Below are positions 10,376 through 21,004 of a stretch of 64,000 bases of DNA, in pieces; position 1 is the stretch's first letter; every line of letters starts with the position of its first letter. A program made the position numbers and the translations under genes. The stretch is from positions 32,001-96,000 of the forward strand of contig JANZKC010000004.1 of assembly GCA_025061115.1 (NCBI GenBank), given 5' to 3'. Under the pieces are notes generated by a model. The model searched no databases. It was not told the origin of the DNA and saw only the letters and a list, made by a program, of their open reading frames with translations. This stretch comes from Candidatus Culexmicrobium cathedralense. GTDB taxonomy: Archaea > Thermoproteota > Methanomethylicia > Culexarchaeales > Culexmicrobiaceae.

Positions 10376-13120
10376 ATGATTAATGAGAAAGAGTATGTGC
10401 TTTCATTTTTCCTCAATAATTCCTTTCGCAGGAAGAAATGCAAAAAATGTGGCGCCTATTTTTGGACGCTGGACTCGGACAGAGAATTATGTGGAGAAGC
10501 TCCGTGCGAGCCCTACACCTTTCTAAGAACTTCAATATTCAATAGACGCCTCGACTTAAATGATATGCGGAGCGCTTTTCTCAAGTTCTTCGAAGAGAGG
10601 GGCCATGCAATCCTAAAACCATATCCTGTTGTAGCTCGGTGGAGAGACGACCTATACTTAACTATCGCAAGTATCGCTCTCTTTCAGCCGTTTGTGACCA
10701 ACGGCATTGCCCCCCCACCAGCAAACCCTTTAGTAGTTTCACAACCTTGCATTCGGCTTGTTGATATTGATAATGTAGGGATTACAATGGGCCGACACTT
10801 AACGATTTTCGAAATGGGCGGTCATCATGCTTTCAACTATCCTGAGCACAAAAAATACTGGAAAGAAGAAACTGTGGAATATTGCCATGAATTTTTAACA
10901 AATGTGTTAGGTGCAAGCCCTGAAGATATCACCTATAAGGAAAGCTTTTGGGAAGGAGGGGGAAACGCGGGGCCGTGCTTTGAAGTATGTCTAGGTGGCC
11001 TTGAAGTGGCTACCCTCGTGTTTATGTGCTACAAGGTGATTAATGGTCAATATTTGAGCATGCCCCTCAAGATCGTCGACACTGGTTATGGTATGGAGCG
11101 TCTCACGTGGATTTCACAACAAACGCCAACTGCCTTTCACGCAGTATTTTCGGATGTGATGGATGTAGTGCTTCAAAATTCGGGTATAACGCTGCCAAGT
11201 GACGATCTTCTTGTAAACTATGTTTTCCACATGAGCACTCAGCATGATTTGTCCGATGATGCAAGGCGTAAACTAGCAAAGATGTTAAACATCAATGTTG
11301 AACAACTTAAAGGTTTCATATCCCCCCTTGAAAATGTTTTTGCCATATTAGATCACACGAAGTGCCTAGCTTTTATGCTTGCAGATGGTATTGTCCCCTC
11401 AAACGTAGGTGAAGGTTATTTGGCAAGACTTGTATTGCGTAGAACCTTAAGATTGATGTCATCACTAAACCTAAATCTTTCCCTTTCAGACATTATTGCT
11501 CTCCAAATAGACTTTTGGGGGAAATATTTCCCGCGTTTAAGAGAGATGAAGGATATTATACTCGATATTGTAGCAGTTGAAGAGGAGAAATACAGCAAGG
11601 TCTTGGCTAAGGGCTCCAATATAGTTAAGCGTATATGTAGCAAGATCGTTCAGAAAGGAAGCCGGGAACTCCCTCAAGATGTGCTCATAGACCTATATGA
11701 CTCCCACGGCATTCCGCCAGAACTTGTAAGTAAAATAGCTTCAAATTTCGGCGTAAAGGTAAATGTTCCAAGCAATTTCTATGCTATTGTCGCTGATAAG
11801 CATCAAAAAAAGGTTGAAAAAGCGGAAGAGCAGGCTATCTCCGTACATGACGTTGAGCAGCATCAGCCTACGAAACAGCTTTTCTATGAAAATCAGTACC
11901 TATTCGATTTTAAGGCTAGAGTTGTCGGATTAATCAAGAACCACGTAATTCTGGATAAAACAGCCTTTTACCCTGAAGGTGGAGGTCAGCCTTCAGATAC
12001 TGGCGTATTAAAATGGCGTAATAAGGAGGCAAAAGTGGTTGATGTACAGAAAGTAGGAAATGTAATTCTGCACAGATTAGAAGGGGAACTTCCATCAATA
12101 GGAGAAGTAGTGCGTGGCATTGTTGACGTAAATAGAAGATTAGCTCTTATGAGAAGTCATACTGCAACGCACTTAATTCTTGCTGCAGCCATGAAGGTTT
12201 TAGGAAAGCATGTATGGCAAGCTGGCGCGCAAAAGGGAGTGCAGTACAGCCGACTGGACGTCACCCACTACAAGTCAATAGGAAGAGACGCATTAAGGAA
12301 AATCGAGCTGCTGGCAAACAAATATGTCATGGCAAACTTGCCAATTAAAACATACTTCATGGACAGAACCGAGGCCGAGCAGAAATTCGGCTTCAGGCTG
12401 TATCAAGGCGGGGTGGTGCCCGGTCGCAAAATAAGGATAGTCGAAATCGACGGCATAGACGTGCAGGCATGCGGAGGAACGCACTGCAGACGGACGGGAG
12501 AAGTTGGCTTTATCAAAATTGTTAGAGCAAGTAAAATACAGGATGGCGTAGTTCGTATAGAATTTGCATGCGGAGAATTTGCAGTAGAGTATGTGCAAAA
12601 GCAGGAAGGCATGATATTCAGTATTGCTAATGCCTTGAACACTCCTGTAGAGCGTGTCCCTGAAGCAGTACGCAAGTTAAAGGATGAATTGAAGAACTTA
12701 AAGAGGCGTGCAAAACGGCTGTGGAAAGCACTGGCATCAACAATCGCTAGAGAATTAGCCTCCAAAGAAATCGCAGTAGGGAATCTAAGTATAATAGTAG
12801 AAAGATTTGAAGGACGTTCAATTGAAGAGCTGTTGGACTTGGCCTCCATATTGATAAAGGAAAAACCTGAACGGATAGTGTTCTTACTCAATATAGGCGG
12901 TGAAGCTGTAACTTTCATAGTGTCTGCCGGCAAAGTCGCTGTTGAAGCAGGTTTCAACGCTGGCAAAATATCAAGAGATCTTGCAGTAGCTATGGAAGGT
13001 AAAGGAGGAGGAAAAATAGATTTAGGTCAAGGACAAGGGAGGGCATTAAACAAAATTGATGCTGCCCAAGAACTTCTTATAAAATATGTAAAATCCCTAG
13101 TCGCCGCCCAGCGTAGTTAA
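10376..13120 (+). CDS. alaS: alanine--tRNA ligase
   Basis: SQPCIR, HLTIFEM, DTGYGMER, HTATH and CGGTH editing motifs. Confidence 0.97.
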   Translation: MINEKEYVLSFFLNNSFRRKKCKKCGAYFWTLDSDRELCGEAPCEPYTFLRTSIFNRRLDLNDMRSAFLKFFEERGHAILKPYPVVARWRDDLYLTIASIALFQPFVTNGIAPPPANPLVVSQPCIRLVDIDNVGITMGRHLTIFEMGGHHAFNYPEHKKYWKEETVEYCHEFLTNVLGASPEDITYKESFWEGGGNAGPCFEVCLGGLEVATLVFMCYKVINGQYLSMPLKIVDTGYGMERLTWISQQTPTAFHAVFSDVMDVVLQNSGITLPSDDLLVNYVFHMSTQHDLSDDARRKLAKMLNINVEQLKGFISPLENVFAILDHTKCLAFMLADGIVPSNVGEGYLARLVLRRTLRLMSSLNLNLSLSDIIALQIDFWGKYFPRLREMKDIILDIVAVEEEKYSKVLAKGSNIVKRICSKIVQKGSRELPQDVLIDLYDSHGIPPELVSKIASNFGVKVNVPSNFYAIVADKHQKKVEKAEEQAISVHDVEQHQPTKQLFYENQYLFDFKARVVGLIKNHVILDKTAFYPEGGGQPSDTGVLKWRNKEAKVVDVQKVGNVILHRLEGELPSIGEVVRGIVDVNRRLALMRSHTATHLILAAAMKVLGKHVWQAGAQKGVQYSRLDVTHYKSIGRDALRKIELLANKYVMANLPIKTYFMDRTEAEQKFGFRLYQGGVVPGRKIRIVEIDGIDVQACGGTHCRRTGEVGFIKIVRASKIQDGVVRIEFACGEFAVEYVQKQEGMIFSIANALNTPVERVPEAVRKLKDELKNLKRRAKRLWKALASTIARELASKEIAVGNLSIIVERFEGRSIEELLDLASILIKEKPERIVFLLNIGGEAVTFIVSAGKVAVEAGFNAGKISRDLAVAMEGKGGGKIDLGQGQGRALNKIDAAQELLIKYVKSLVAAQRS

Positions 13121-13187
13121 TCCATTTAAGCCACGAATATTATAAGATGTGCAAATATAATTGAGAATGGCGATCGGAGGCACATTC

Positions 13188-16085
13188 ATGGCCAGCGCTT
13201 TCAAATTAAGGGATATTGAAGAAAAGTGGATCAAACTATGGGAGGAGCACAGAATCTTTGAGGCGGATCCCGATTCCCGCCCTAAAGTTTTCGTTACATT
13301 TCCCTTCCCATATATGAACGGTCCACTTCACTTAGGTCACGCGTTTACGGCTCTAAGAGTTGATGTTTATGCTCGTTTCAAGCGAATGCAAGGGTACAAT
13401 GTGCTCTTTCCTTGGGCATGGCACTGGACTGGCGCGACCATCGCTGGAGCCGCTAAGAGAATAGAGCAAGGCGATGAGAAGCTAATAAAAGTTCTCGTTG
13501 AAATTGATGGTGTTTCTCCCGATGAGATAAAGAAGTTTGTTGATCCAGTTTACATGGCTCGGTACTACACAAATGAAAATAGAAAAGTTGTAAAGCGTAT
13601 AGGCTTCTCTGTTGACTGGAGACGTGAATTTCACACTACGAATTACCATCCAGCTTTCAACAGGTTCATCTCTTGGCAATACTTAAAGCTTAGAGAAAAA
13701 GGCTTCGTAGTTAAGGGCACTCACCCAATCGTCTGGTGCCCAAGATGTAAAAGCCCAACTGGAGATCATGATAGACTTGAAGGAGTAGGCGTAGGCCCCG
13801 AAAGATACGTTCTAATGAAATTTAAGATTGGCGAAACATACCTACCAGCAGCAACTTTTCGGCCCGAAACAATTTATGGGGTAACAAACTTCTGGATTAA
13901 TCCTGATGCAACATACGTTTTAGCTCAAGTGAATGGAGAGAAATGGATAATAAGCGAGCCCGCAGCAAGAAAGCTATCTGAACAACTTAAGAAAATCAAG
14001 ATAATCAAGAAGATTTTAGGCCGTGAACTTGTGGGACGCACATGCAAAGATCCAATCAATGGAAGAGAAATCCTAATTCTCCCCGCTCCCTTCGTCGATC
14101 CTGAAAATGGCACTGGATTAGTTTATAGCGTGCCCGCCCATGCCCCATACGATTGGTTAGCTCTCAGAGACCTTCTAGAAAACCCGAGTATACTTCAAAA
14201 ATACGGTATACCTGTTGAAAAAGTAAAGGAAATAAAGCCGATCTCTATAATCACCGTCGAAGGCTTTGGAGATTTTCCGGCAATAGAAATTGTGGATCAG
14301 CTTAACATTAAAAGTCAACTTGACTCCAAAGCTGAGGAAGCTACCCAAATAATTTACAAGAAGGAGTTTCATAAAGGAATATTAAAGGAAAACTGCGGCG
14401 AATATGCTGGCCTGAAAGTTTTTGAAGTAAAGGAACGTCTAATACAAGACTTCATAGCTAAAGGCTACGCCGACTTAATGTACGACCTCACTAGACCAGT
14501 AATTTGCAGATGCGGAACTAAATGTGTGGTTAAAGTCCTCGAAGATCAATGGTTCCTCAAGTATTCAGATCCAAATTGGAAGGCGCTAGCGAAAAAGGCA
14601 TTAAGTGGCATGAAGATTTTCCCTCCAGAAGCTAGGAAGAGCTTTGAAGAAGTCATCGATTGGCTGGAGGATAAGCCGTGTGCTAGGTTTTCCGGCCTTG
14701 GAACGCCTCTTCCATGGGATCCAAACTGGCTAGTTGAAACTCTAAGTGACTCTACAATTTACATGGCTTTTTACACCATAAGCAAGTACGTAAATGAGGG
14801 TTTAATTAGTCCAGAAAACTTAACTAACGAGGTCTTCGACTACGTATTCCTTGGCATCGGCGACCCTGATGAAACTTCCAAGAAATCAGGAATTCCCAAA
14901 GGAATTCTAGAAAAAATGAGAAACGAATTTAACTACTGGTATCCTATCGACTTAAGAGTTTCAGCTAAAGAGCTGCTTCCAAACCACTTAACATTCTACA
15001 TATTCCATCACGTAGCAATATTTCCAGAGCATCTATGGCCTAAAGCAATTGGAGTAAATGGCATGCTCATGATCGAAGGGCAGCCCATGTCTAAGTCCAA
15101 GGGAATATTCGTCACACTAAAGGATGCAATTAAAAATTACGGTGCCGACACCATTCGTGCAACGCTACTTTTCAGCGCTGAAGATTTGGATGATCCTGAT
15201 TGGCGGAGTAAAAATGCAAATGACATGAGAAAGAACCTTGAATCGCTTTACCGATTTATTTTAAACATCTACTCGACAGCTATAAAGTGTGAAGAGAAAC
15301 CTCTTACTGACATCGATAAGTGGCTTTTAAGCCAAATTCAGCGCATCATCATTAAAGTGGTCGATAATTTAAATGTACTGAAAACGAGAACAGCTTTTCA
15401 TGAAGCTTTCTTCGGCTTTTGGAACGCCTTCAAGTGGTATCTACGAAGAGTTGAATCAGTAAATAAGAAGGCAGTTCTCGAAGCAATAGACACGTGGCTT
15501 CGCCTATTAGCCCCCTTCATACCATTTACCTGCGAAGAGCTGTGGGAGAAAACTGGACACAACCCATTTGTTTCAATTGCAAAATGGCCTGAAATAGATG
15601 AAAGTAAAATCTCCCCTGAAATTGAATTATCAGAATCTCTAATACGGAAAACGCTAAGTGATATTCTCGAAATAATTCGAGTAATTAAGGTTAAGCCCTC
15701 AAGAATAGTATTGTACGTTGCTCCAGATTGGAAGTGGAGAGTATACGTGGATGTGGCTAAGCTCATGGGAAGAGAAATATCTGACATTAAGGAGATAACG
15801 CGCGAGATAATGCGCAGGGATTATGTAAAAGGTAGAGAGCGCGATACCATCAAGGTGATTAAGTACTCATATGAAGACCTAATAAACCTATCAAAAGATG
15901 AGCGAGTTGCACGTGCAAATATAAAAATTGACGAGCTCAAAGTATTCCTGGATGCTGCAAAGTTCTTGGAAAAGGAGACGGGAGCTAAAGTCACCGTATT
16001 TAGAGCTGATGACCCTGCTCGCATAGATCCCAAAAGCAGAGCTCAGCATGCAATGCCTCTAAGGCCAGCAATTTATATTGAGTAG
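13188..16085 (+). CDS. leuS: leucine--tRNA ligase
   Basis: PYMNGPLHLGH, PMSKSKG, ATFRPET. Confidence 0.97.
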   Translation: MASAFKLRDIEEKWIKLWEEHRIFEADPDSRPKVFVTFPFPYMNGPLHLGHAFTALRVDVYARFKRMQGYNVLFPWAWHWTGATIAGAAKRIEQGDEKLIKVLVEIDGVSPDEIKKFVDPVYMARYYTNENRKVVKRIGFSVDWRREFHTTNYHPAFNRFISWQYLKLREKGFVVKGTHPIVWCPRCKSPTGDHDRLEGVGVGPERYVLMKFKIGETYLPAATFRPETIYGVTNFWINPDATYVLAQVNGEKWIISEPAARKLSEQLKKIKIIKKILGRELVGRTCKDPINGREILILPAPFVDPENGTGLVYSVPAHAPYDWLALRDLLENPSILQKYGIPVEKVKEIKPISIITVEGFGDFPAIEIVDQLNIKSQLDSKAEEATQIIYKKEFHKGILKENCGEYAGLKVFEVKERLIQDFIAKGYADLMYDLTRPVICRCGTKCVVKVLEDQWFLKYSDPNWKALAKKALSGMKIFPPEARKSFEEVIDWLEDKPCARFSGLGTPLPWDPNWLVETLSDSTIYMAFYTISKYVNEGLISPENLTNEVFDYVFLGIGDPDETSKKSGIPKGILEKMRNEFNYWYPIDLRVSAKELLPNHLTFYIFHHVAIFPEHLWPKAIGVNGMLMIEGQPMSKSKGIFVTLKDAIKNYGADTIRATLLFSAEDLDDPDWRSKNANDMRKNLESLYRFILNIYSTAIKCEEKPLTDIDKWLLSQIQRIIIKVVDNLNVLKTRTAFHEAFFGFWNAFKWYLRRVESVNKKAVLEAIDTWLRLLAPFIPFTCEELWEKTGHNPFVSIAKWPEIDESKISPEIELSESLIRKTLSDILEIIRVIKVKPSRIVLYVAPDWKWRVYVDVAKLMGREISDIKEITREIMRRDYVKGRERDTIKVIKYSYEDLINLSKDERVARANIKIDELKVFLDAAKFLEKETGAKVTVFRADDPARIDPKSRAQHAMPLRPAIYIE

Positions 16086-16099
16086 CTCCCTATGATTGT

Positions 16100-16756
16100 T
16101 TGATGAATAAGTTGAGAGACGCAATAGTTGATATGCGATACTTACTTAGCCGGGGATATAAGCGGGAACAAGCCGCAAACTTTGTAGCAAATAGGTATGG
16201 GCTTTCAAAGGAGGAAAGAGCTATATTATATAGAGCTGTTTACGACGAAAAGCAAGCTAAAGATCATAAAATGAAAATAGTCGAACCAGACTACGTCGAA
16301 GGTAGAGTCCTTTCAATTGATGGATTTAACGTCTTAATAACCGTAGAAAGTGCCTTCCGCGGCAAACTTTTAATCGAATGCGACGACGGTTTCATACGTG
16401 ATGTCTCAGCGGTATTTGGCAAGTATCGCTTATCAGAATTCACTTGGAAGTCGACAGATCTGATATTGTCCTTTCTATCCAAGTGTAAGCCGAAATCAGT
16501 TTTATTTTTCCTAGATAGCCCCATAAGCCGCAGCGGTGAGTTAGCTTCCCAAATTCGCCGGCGGCTATCATACTTCAATTTGAGTGGAGACGCAAAAGCG
16601 GTGAAGCAAAGTGACACTGCTGTACTATCATCAGGGGAAGTAGTCGCGACAAGTGATCATATAATAATTCAGCGAGCTAATGCCGTTCTAGATCTGGCAG
16701 GGCAAATAGTCCGCAGCTATTTTCCACACTTGATCCTGAGAATTAATGATTTATAA
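16100..16756 (+). CDS. DUF434 family (PIN-like) protein
   Basis: YLLSRGY, IDGFNVLIT, DGFIRD, ATSD motifs. Confidence 0.85.
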   Translation: MMNKLRDAIVDMRYLLSRGYKREQAANFVANRYGLSKEERAILYRAVYDEKQAKDHKMKIVEPDYVEGRVLSIDGFNVLITVESAFRGKLLIECDDGFIRDVSAVFGKYRLSEFTWKSTDLILSFLSKCKPKSVLFFLDSPISRSGELASQIRRRLSYFNLSGDAKAVKQSDTAVLSSGEVVATSDHIIIQRANAVLDLAGQIVRSYFPHLILRINDL

Positions 16757-16763
16757 TGAAAAT

Positions 16764-16864
<101 letters not shown>

Positions 16865-16963
16865 TTGCCAATAATCGTTTATGCAAGCTGCAAATTAAGA
16901 TTTCGCTGGTAAAGCGATTAGCTATAATTGGCTCTCCAACATAAATTGAGTTAGTGGCTAACT

Positions 16964-17758
16964 ATGCTGGCGTTTGTTGGCCTTGGGCTTTACAGCGAAA
17001 GAAATATGTCAATTGAAGGATTGGAGGTAGCAAAGAAAGCTGACAGAGTGTACCTTGATACGTACACCAGTTTTATGCCGGGCTTATCAGTTGCTAGATT
17101 GGAAGAAATGATTGGCAAAAAGATCATCAAGCTGAAGCGCGAGGATATAGAATCGCAAAAAGCTCGAAAAATTTTAGAGGCAGCAGAAGAGGGAAACGTT
17201 GTTCTGCTTGTTCCTGGCGATCCATTTGTAGCAACAACACATATGCAGTTGCGTTTAGAAGCCGAGCGAAGAGGAATTAAGACTAGAGTTATTCATGCAT
17301 CATCTATATTTTCAGCTATATCGGGGGAAACTGGGCTTTTCAGCTATAAATTCGGCAGATCAGTCACTGTTACCTTCCCTCATGAAGGGTATGTTTCAGA
17401 AACAGCATATGAAGTCGTCAAGGAAAATAAGGAGCGCGGTTTGCATACGCTGTTACTATTGGATATTGATGTAGAAGGTAGGCGCTTTATGAGTGTAAGT
17501 GAGGCGCTCACAATTCTAACCCAAATTGAAAGTAGAAGGAAAGAGGAAATAATTAAGGAAGACACCTTGATTGTTGGGCTGGCCAGATTAGGAGGAGCGG
17601 ACGCAATTGTAAAAGCTGATTTTCTGTCAAACATAATTAACTATGATTTTGGCGGCCCTCCTCACTCAATCGTCATTCCTGGGAAGCTGCACTTCGTGGA
17701 AGCAGAGGCGCTAATTACTCTGGCTGGAGCGCCACGCACAATTTTAAATTACAAATAG
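16964..17758 (+). CDS. dph5: diphthine synthase
   Basis: VGLGL, GDPFVATTH, YKFGRS, GLHTLLLLD. Confidence 0.96.
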   Translation: MLAFVGLGLYSERNMSIEGLEVAKKADRVYLDTYTSFMPGLSVARLEEMIGKKIIKLKREDIESQKARKILEAAEEGNVVLLVPGDPFVATTHMQLRLEAERRGIKTRVIHASSIFSAISGETGLFSYKFGRSVTVTFPHEGYVSETAYEVVKENKERGLHTLLLLDIDVEGRRFMSVSEALTILTQIESRRKEEIIKEDTLIVGLARLGGADAIVKADFLSNIINYDFGGPPHSIVIPGKLHFVEAEALITLAGAPRTILNYK

Positions 17759-17783
17759 GGCTACACTCTTTTGGGCGAAGTGT

Positions 17784-18503
17784 ATGGAGCAAAAAGCCGT
17801 TACTGAAAAGGTCAATAAATATATTAATAGTTTAGCTTATGTTCTAAATCAAATTAAGAAAGAGAATATAGAAGAAGATAACGTTAAAAACGTCGTTGAT
17901 TTAGCTGGAAAATATTTGGCAGACGCAAAATATTACTTTAAAGCTGGGGACATCTTCACGAGTTTAGTCTGCGTAGTTTATGCTGAAGGCTTACTTGACT
18001 CGCTACGCTTTCTTGGAAAGCTTGAATATCATTGGCAATTTGAAGTGCCAAAAGCTGAGGAGAAGAAGGTAGTTATCGCTGGTACATTTGACCTCATACA
18101 TCCTGGTCATTTGTGGTTCATAAGAAAGGCGAGTGAGTATGGGAAGCTCACGGTAATAGTTGCTAGAGATGAGAGTGTAAAGAGGTTTAAAGGGCATTTA
18201 CCTATTATTCCGGAAAATCAGAGGCTTATGGTTGTTAAGGGTCTAAAGCACGTTGATGATGCAGTGCTCGGATACCCTGGTGAGGATATCTTGAGAATTA
18301 TGGAGAAGTTAAAGCCAGATGTAATAATTCTAGGACCTGATCAACACTTTGTGTCTGAGAAAGATCTTGAAGAGAAGTTGAGATCGAGGGGCCTTAGCAC
18401 TAAAGTGATTAGAATAGGAGAGCAGTACACTGATTGTAAGTTCTTCAAGACATCTGACATTATTAGAGAGATAAAACGTAGAGCTAATTTAAACAGGATC
18501 TAA
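17784..18503 (+). CDS. DUF357 domain fused to FAD synthase (RibL-type cytidylyltransferase)
   Basis: N-term YLADAKYY...YAEGLLD; C-term GTFDLIHPGH, VARD, LGPDQ. Confidence 0.8.
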   Translation: MEQKAVTEKVNKYINSLAYVLNQIKKENIEEDNVKNVVDLAGKYLADAKYYFKAGDIFTSLVCVVYAEGLLDSLRFLGKLEYHWQFEVPKAEEKKVVIAGTFDLIHPGHLWFIRKASEYGKLTVIVARDESVKRFKGHLPIIPENQRLMVVKGLKHVDDAVLGYPGEDILRIMEKLKPDVIILGPDQHFVSEKDLEEKLRSRGLSTKVIRIGEQYTDCKFFKTSDIIREIKRRANLNRI

Positions 18504-19155
18504 ATGACTTGCACAAATTATGTGCTACTCTAATTGGCTCAGGGACACTTTGATGCGAAATGCATTGAGAAACTACTTTTATCGCCGAGTTAAGGCTGAT
18601 TTTATGTCCTATGCTCACATAGATGAATTTAGATTTAACTTGAATTGCCGCGCCCAAAACTTTCCCCTTTAAGAGAATAGGGTAGACATTACTTTGAATA
18701 GGAGAGCTCAATAATATTTCGCCGCATAACTTCTTCTTTGCCACGCCTATTGAAGGAGTATCAACGGCAAGTCCAACATGGCAAGCTAAGCCAAAAAATC
18801 TGGGGTGCGCTCTGCCATGTCCATCAACTAAAATTAGATCTGGATTTCTCCTCAGTTTTTTCAATGCAAGGACTATTGGGCGCAGCTCTCTAAAGGCGAG
18901 AAATCCTGGGACATAGGGGAACTCCACTTCGCATGAGATGACTGATTCCTCGACAACCTTCAAGGATTGAAAGTCTAAAAGGGCTGCAGCAGCTATCGCC
19001 ATACCCTTTACATATGACGCATCGACGCCGCAGATCAATTTGGGAGGATAAACAAATACATCGCGATCTATAACTTTCATAGACAAAATCTTTTGAAGTT
19101 CCCTGGCTCTCTCAGGACTGAATTTCTTCCCCATTTTATTATAACTTGGCCACAC
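18484..19155 (-). CDS. nfi: endonuclease V
   Basis: GVDASY, PYVPGFLAFRE, VDGHGRAHPR, GVAKK. Confidence 0.95.
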   Translation of the reverse strand: MWPSYNKMGKKFSPERARELQKILSMKVIDRDVFVYPPKLICGVDASYVKGMAIAAAALLDFQSLKVVEESVISCEVEFPYVPGFLAFRELRPIVLALKKLRRNPDLILVDGHGRAHPRFFGLACHVGLAVDTPSIGVAKKKLCGEILLSSPIQSNVYPILLKGKVLGAAIQVKSKFIYVSIGHKISLNSAIKVVSQCISHQSVPEPIRVAHNLCKSFRSCLN

Positions 19156-19213
19156 ACTATACTGCGCGTCGCACCGATACTTTTAAATTTTTATTTTATT
19201 AGTCACACGTGAA

Positions 19214-20170
19214 ATGAAGATTCCAAGGCAAATCATTGAAATTTACAAGCGGCAGGGTTATCACTTTGTGGGTAAGACTAGCGTAGTAAAGCCCTGCCAT
19301 TGGCTTAAAGCATCTCTGTTAACTAAAGGAGAGAAGCACTGTTACAAGCAAAAGTTCTATGGAATACCTTCTCATAGGTGTCTTCAAATGTCGCCTACTC
19401 TTGCTTGCACTCAGCAATGCTTATATTGCTGGAGAATTCAAGCTTCAGATCTCAAGATTTCTTGGAATGAAATGTCATTAACAAACTACGATGAACCGGA
19501 GGAAATCGTGGTTAAAGCTATCTTGAAACAGAGACAAATTCTTTCAGGGCTAAAGAGTAACAAGAAAGTCGATAGAAGAATGCTCGAAGAAGCATTTAGG
19601 CCTATTCATGCTGCAATTAGCCTTGTTGGAGAGCCCACGCTTTACCCGAAAATTGGGGAGTTAATCGGCTCATTCTTTAGTCATGGATTTAAAACGGTCT
19701 TCTTAGTGACTAACGGAACCAATCCAAAGGTTCTCAGCAACTTGGATTATGAGCCAAGCCAACTTTATGTAAGCCTTTCAGCTCCAGATGAAGAGACCTA
19801 TAGAAAAGTCTGCAGACCAATAATAAACGACGGGTGGCAGCGATTAAATGAAACGTTAGAGCTTCTTAAGAGCTTTTCATGCCCGACTGTGATAAGAATT
19901 ACTCTAGTGAAAAAGTTAAACATGCATAGCCCAGAAAAGTATGCAAAGCTCATATGCAAGGCAGATCCAACGTATGTTGAGCCAAAAGCGGCAATGAGCC
20001 TCGGATGGTTTAGATATAGGCTTCCACTAGACGCGATGCCAAGATTTGAGGAAGTTAAGGATTTTGGAGAGCTATTGTCGAGGCACACGGGATACAATGT
20101 AATTGACTCTTCAATTAACTCGAGAATTGTCCTATTAAGTAGGTTGAATAGGCCTATGAAACTAATTTAA
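19214..20170 (+). CDS. taw1: 4-demethylwyosine synthase (Taw1/TYW1 radical SAM)
   Basis: CYKQKFYGI.SHRC, CTQQCLYCWR, SLVGEPT. Confidence 0.95.
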   Translation: MKIPRQIIEIYKRQGYHFVGKTSVVKPCHWLKASLLTKGEKHCYKQKFYGIPSHRCLQMSPTLACTQQCLYCWRIQASDLKISWNEMSLTNYDEPEEIVVKAILKQRQILSGLKSNKKVDRRMLEEAFRPIHAAISLVGEPTLYPKIGELIGSFFSHGFKTVFLVTNGTNPKVLSNLDYEPSQLYVSLSAPDEETYRKVCRPIINDGWQRLNETLELLKSFSCPTVIRITLVKKLNMHSPEKYAKLICKADPTYVEPKAAMSLGWFRYRLPLDAMPRFEEVKDFGELLSRHTGYNVIDSSINSRIVLLSRLNRPMKLI

Positions 20171-20172
20171 GC

Positions 20173-20769
20173 TCAGCTTTCAACTGGAACAAACTTTTCC
20201 TTAGCTCCTTCAGCGGTTATTGTTAAAACGTCGATTCCATCTCCTGAAATTGCATCTCTCTTAATGGCGGCTTTTACTGCTTCAATGGCAAGCTTTTCAC
20301 CATCAGTCACGTCCATGTTTGGCTTGTAGTTTGATTCAATAATGCTTATGGCCAAAGCCGCTCCTGAACCCACTGCTGCATACTTATCCTCTATTAGAGA
20401 GCCGAGGGGATCTAGCACATACAGGTGAGGTCCTGAAGAGTCAACGCCTGCAATTATCGTTTCAGTTAAGTATGGAATGAGCTTTTGACCATATAATATT
20501 ACGGAGAGAAGTTTCGCTAAGCTCCGCACTGGCATTGGGCGTTTATGATCTAAGTTGTACAGGCTTGCCTCTGCAGCTAGTGAACGAGCTATAACCTGCA
20601 TGTCTGAAATAAGGCCTGCACAGGCCATTCCCAAATGATTTGTAATTTTAAATACCTTCTTCCCAACCTTGCTTATTATTGTATAACCGTAAGCTACTCT
20701 TTTTTCAGAGGCTAATACAACACCATCTTTACAAACTATTCCCACTGCAGTTGCGCCTACAGTAGCCAT
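20173..20769 (-). CDS. psmB: proteasome beta subunit (Thr1 replaced by Ala)
   Basis: GATAVGI..DGVVLASE, GSG, RDAISGDG. Confidence 0.93.
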   Translation of the reverse strand: MATVGATAVGIVCKDGVVLASEKRVAYGYTIISKVGKKVFKITNHLGMACAGLISDMQVIARSLAAEASLYNLDHKRPMPVRSLAKLLSVILYGQKLIPYLTETIIAGVDSSGPHLYVLDPLGSLIEDKYAAVGSGAALAISIIESNYKPNMDVTDGEKLAIEAVKAAIKRDAISGDGIDVLTITAEGAKEKFVPVES

Positions 20770-21004
20770 GAGTTAAACCTCCACCTTCCACCGTCTATCA
20801 TAGTGGATTTAAAGTATATTAACGTTCTCAACCCACGTTCCTGCTATAGCGCTGAGAATTTAGGTTAAGTGAAATTAGTTCCCCTTGATTGCATCTCTAA
20901 GTGTCATCACAATTCCATGCTTACTTCAATTAGCTCTTGGCTGGCCCAAAAATATTAGTCTCAAGCGGCAATTAAGTTATCTGGTGAGACTCTATTAAAA
21001 TGAG

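Noticed and set aside
12250-12500. GC-richer patch in the alaS editing domain
   Set aside because: Frame intact, no boundaries or repeats; cannot be quantified by eye
20173-20769. Proteasome beta lacking catalytic Thr1 as a novelty
   Set aside because: Non-catalytic beta paralogs are already known in crenarchaea
20770-21004. Possible replication origin upstream of DP1
   Set aside because: No ORB-like repeats and no cdc6; only a short AGTCTCA/TGAGACT inverted repeat
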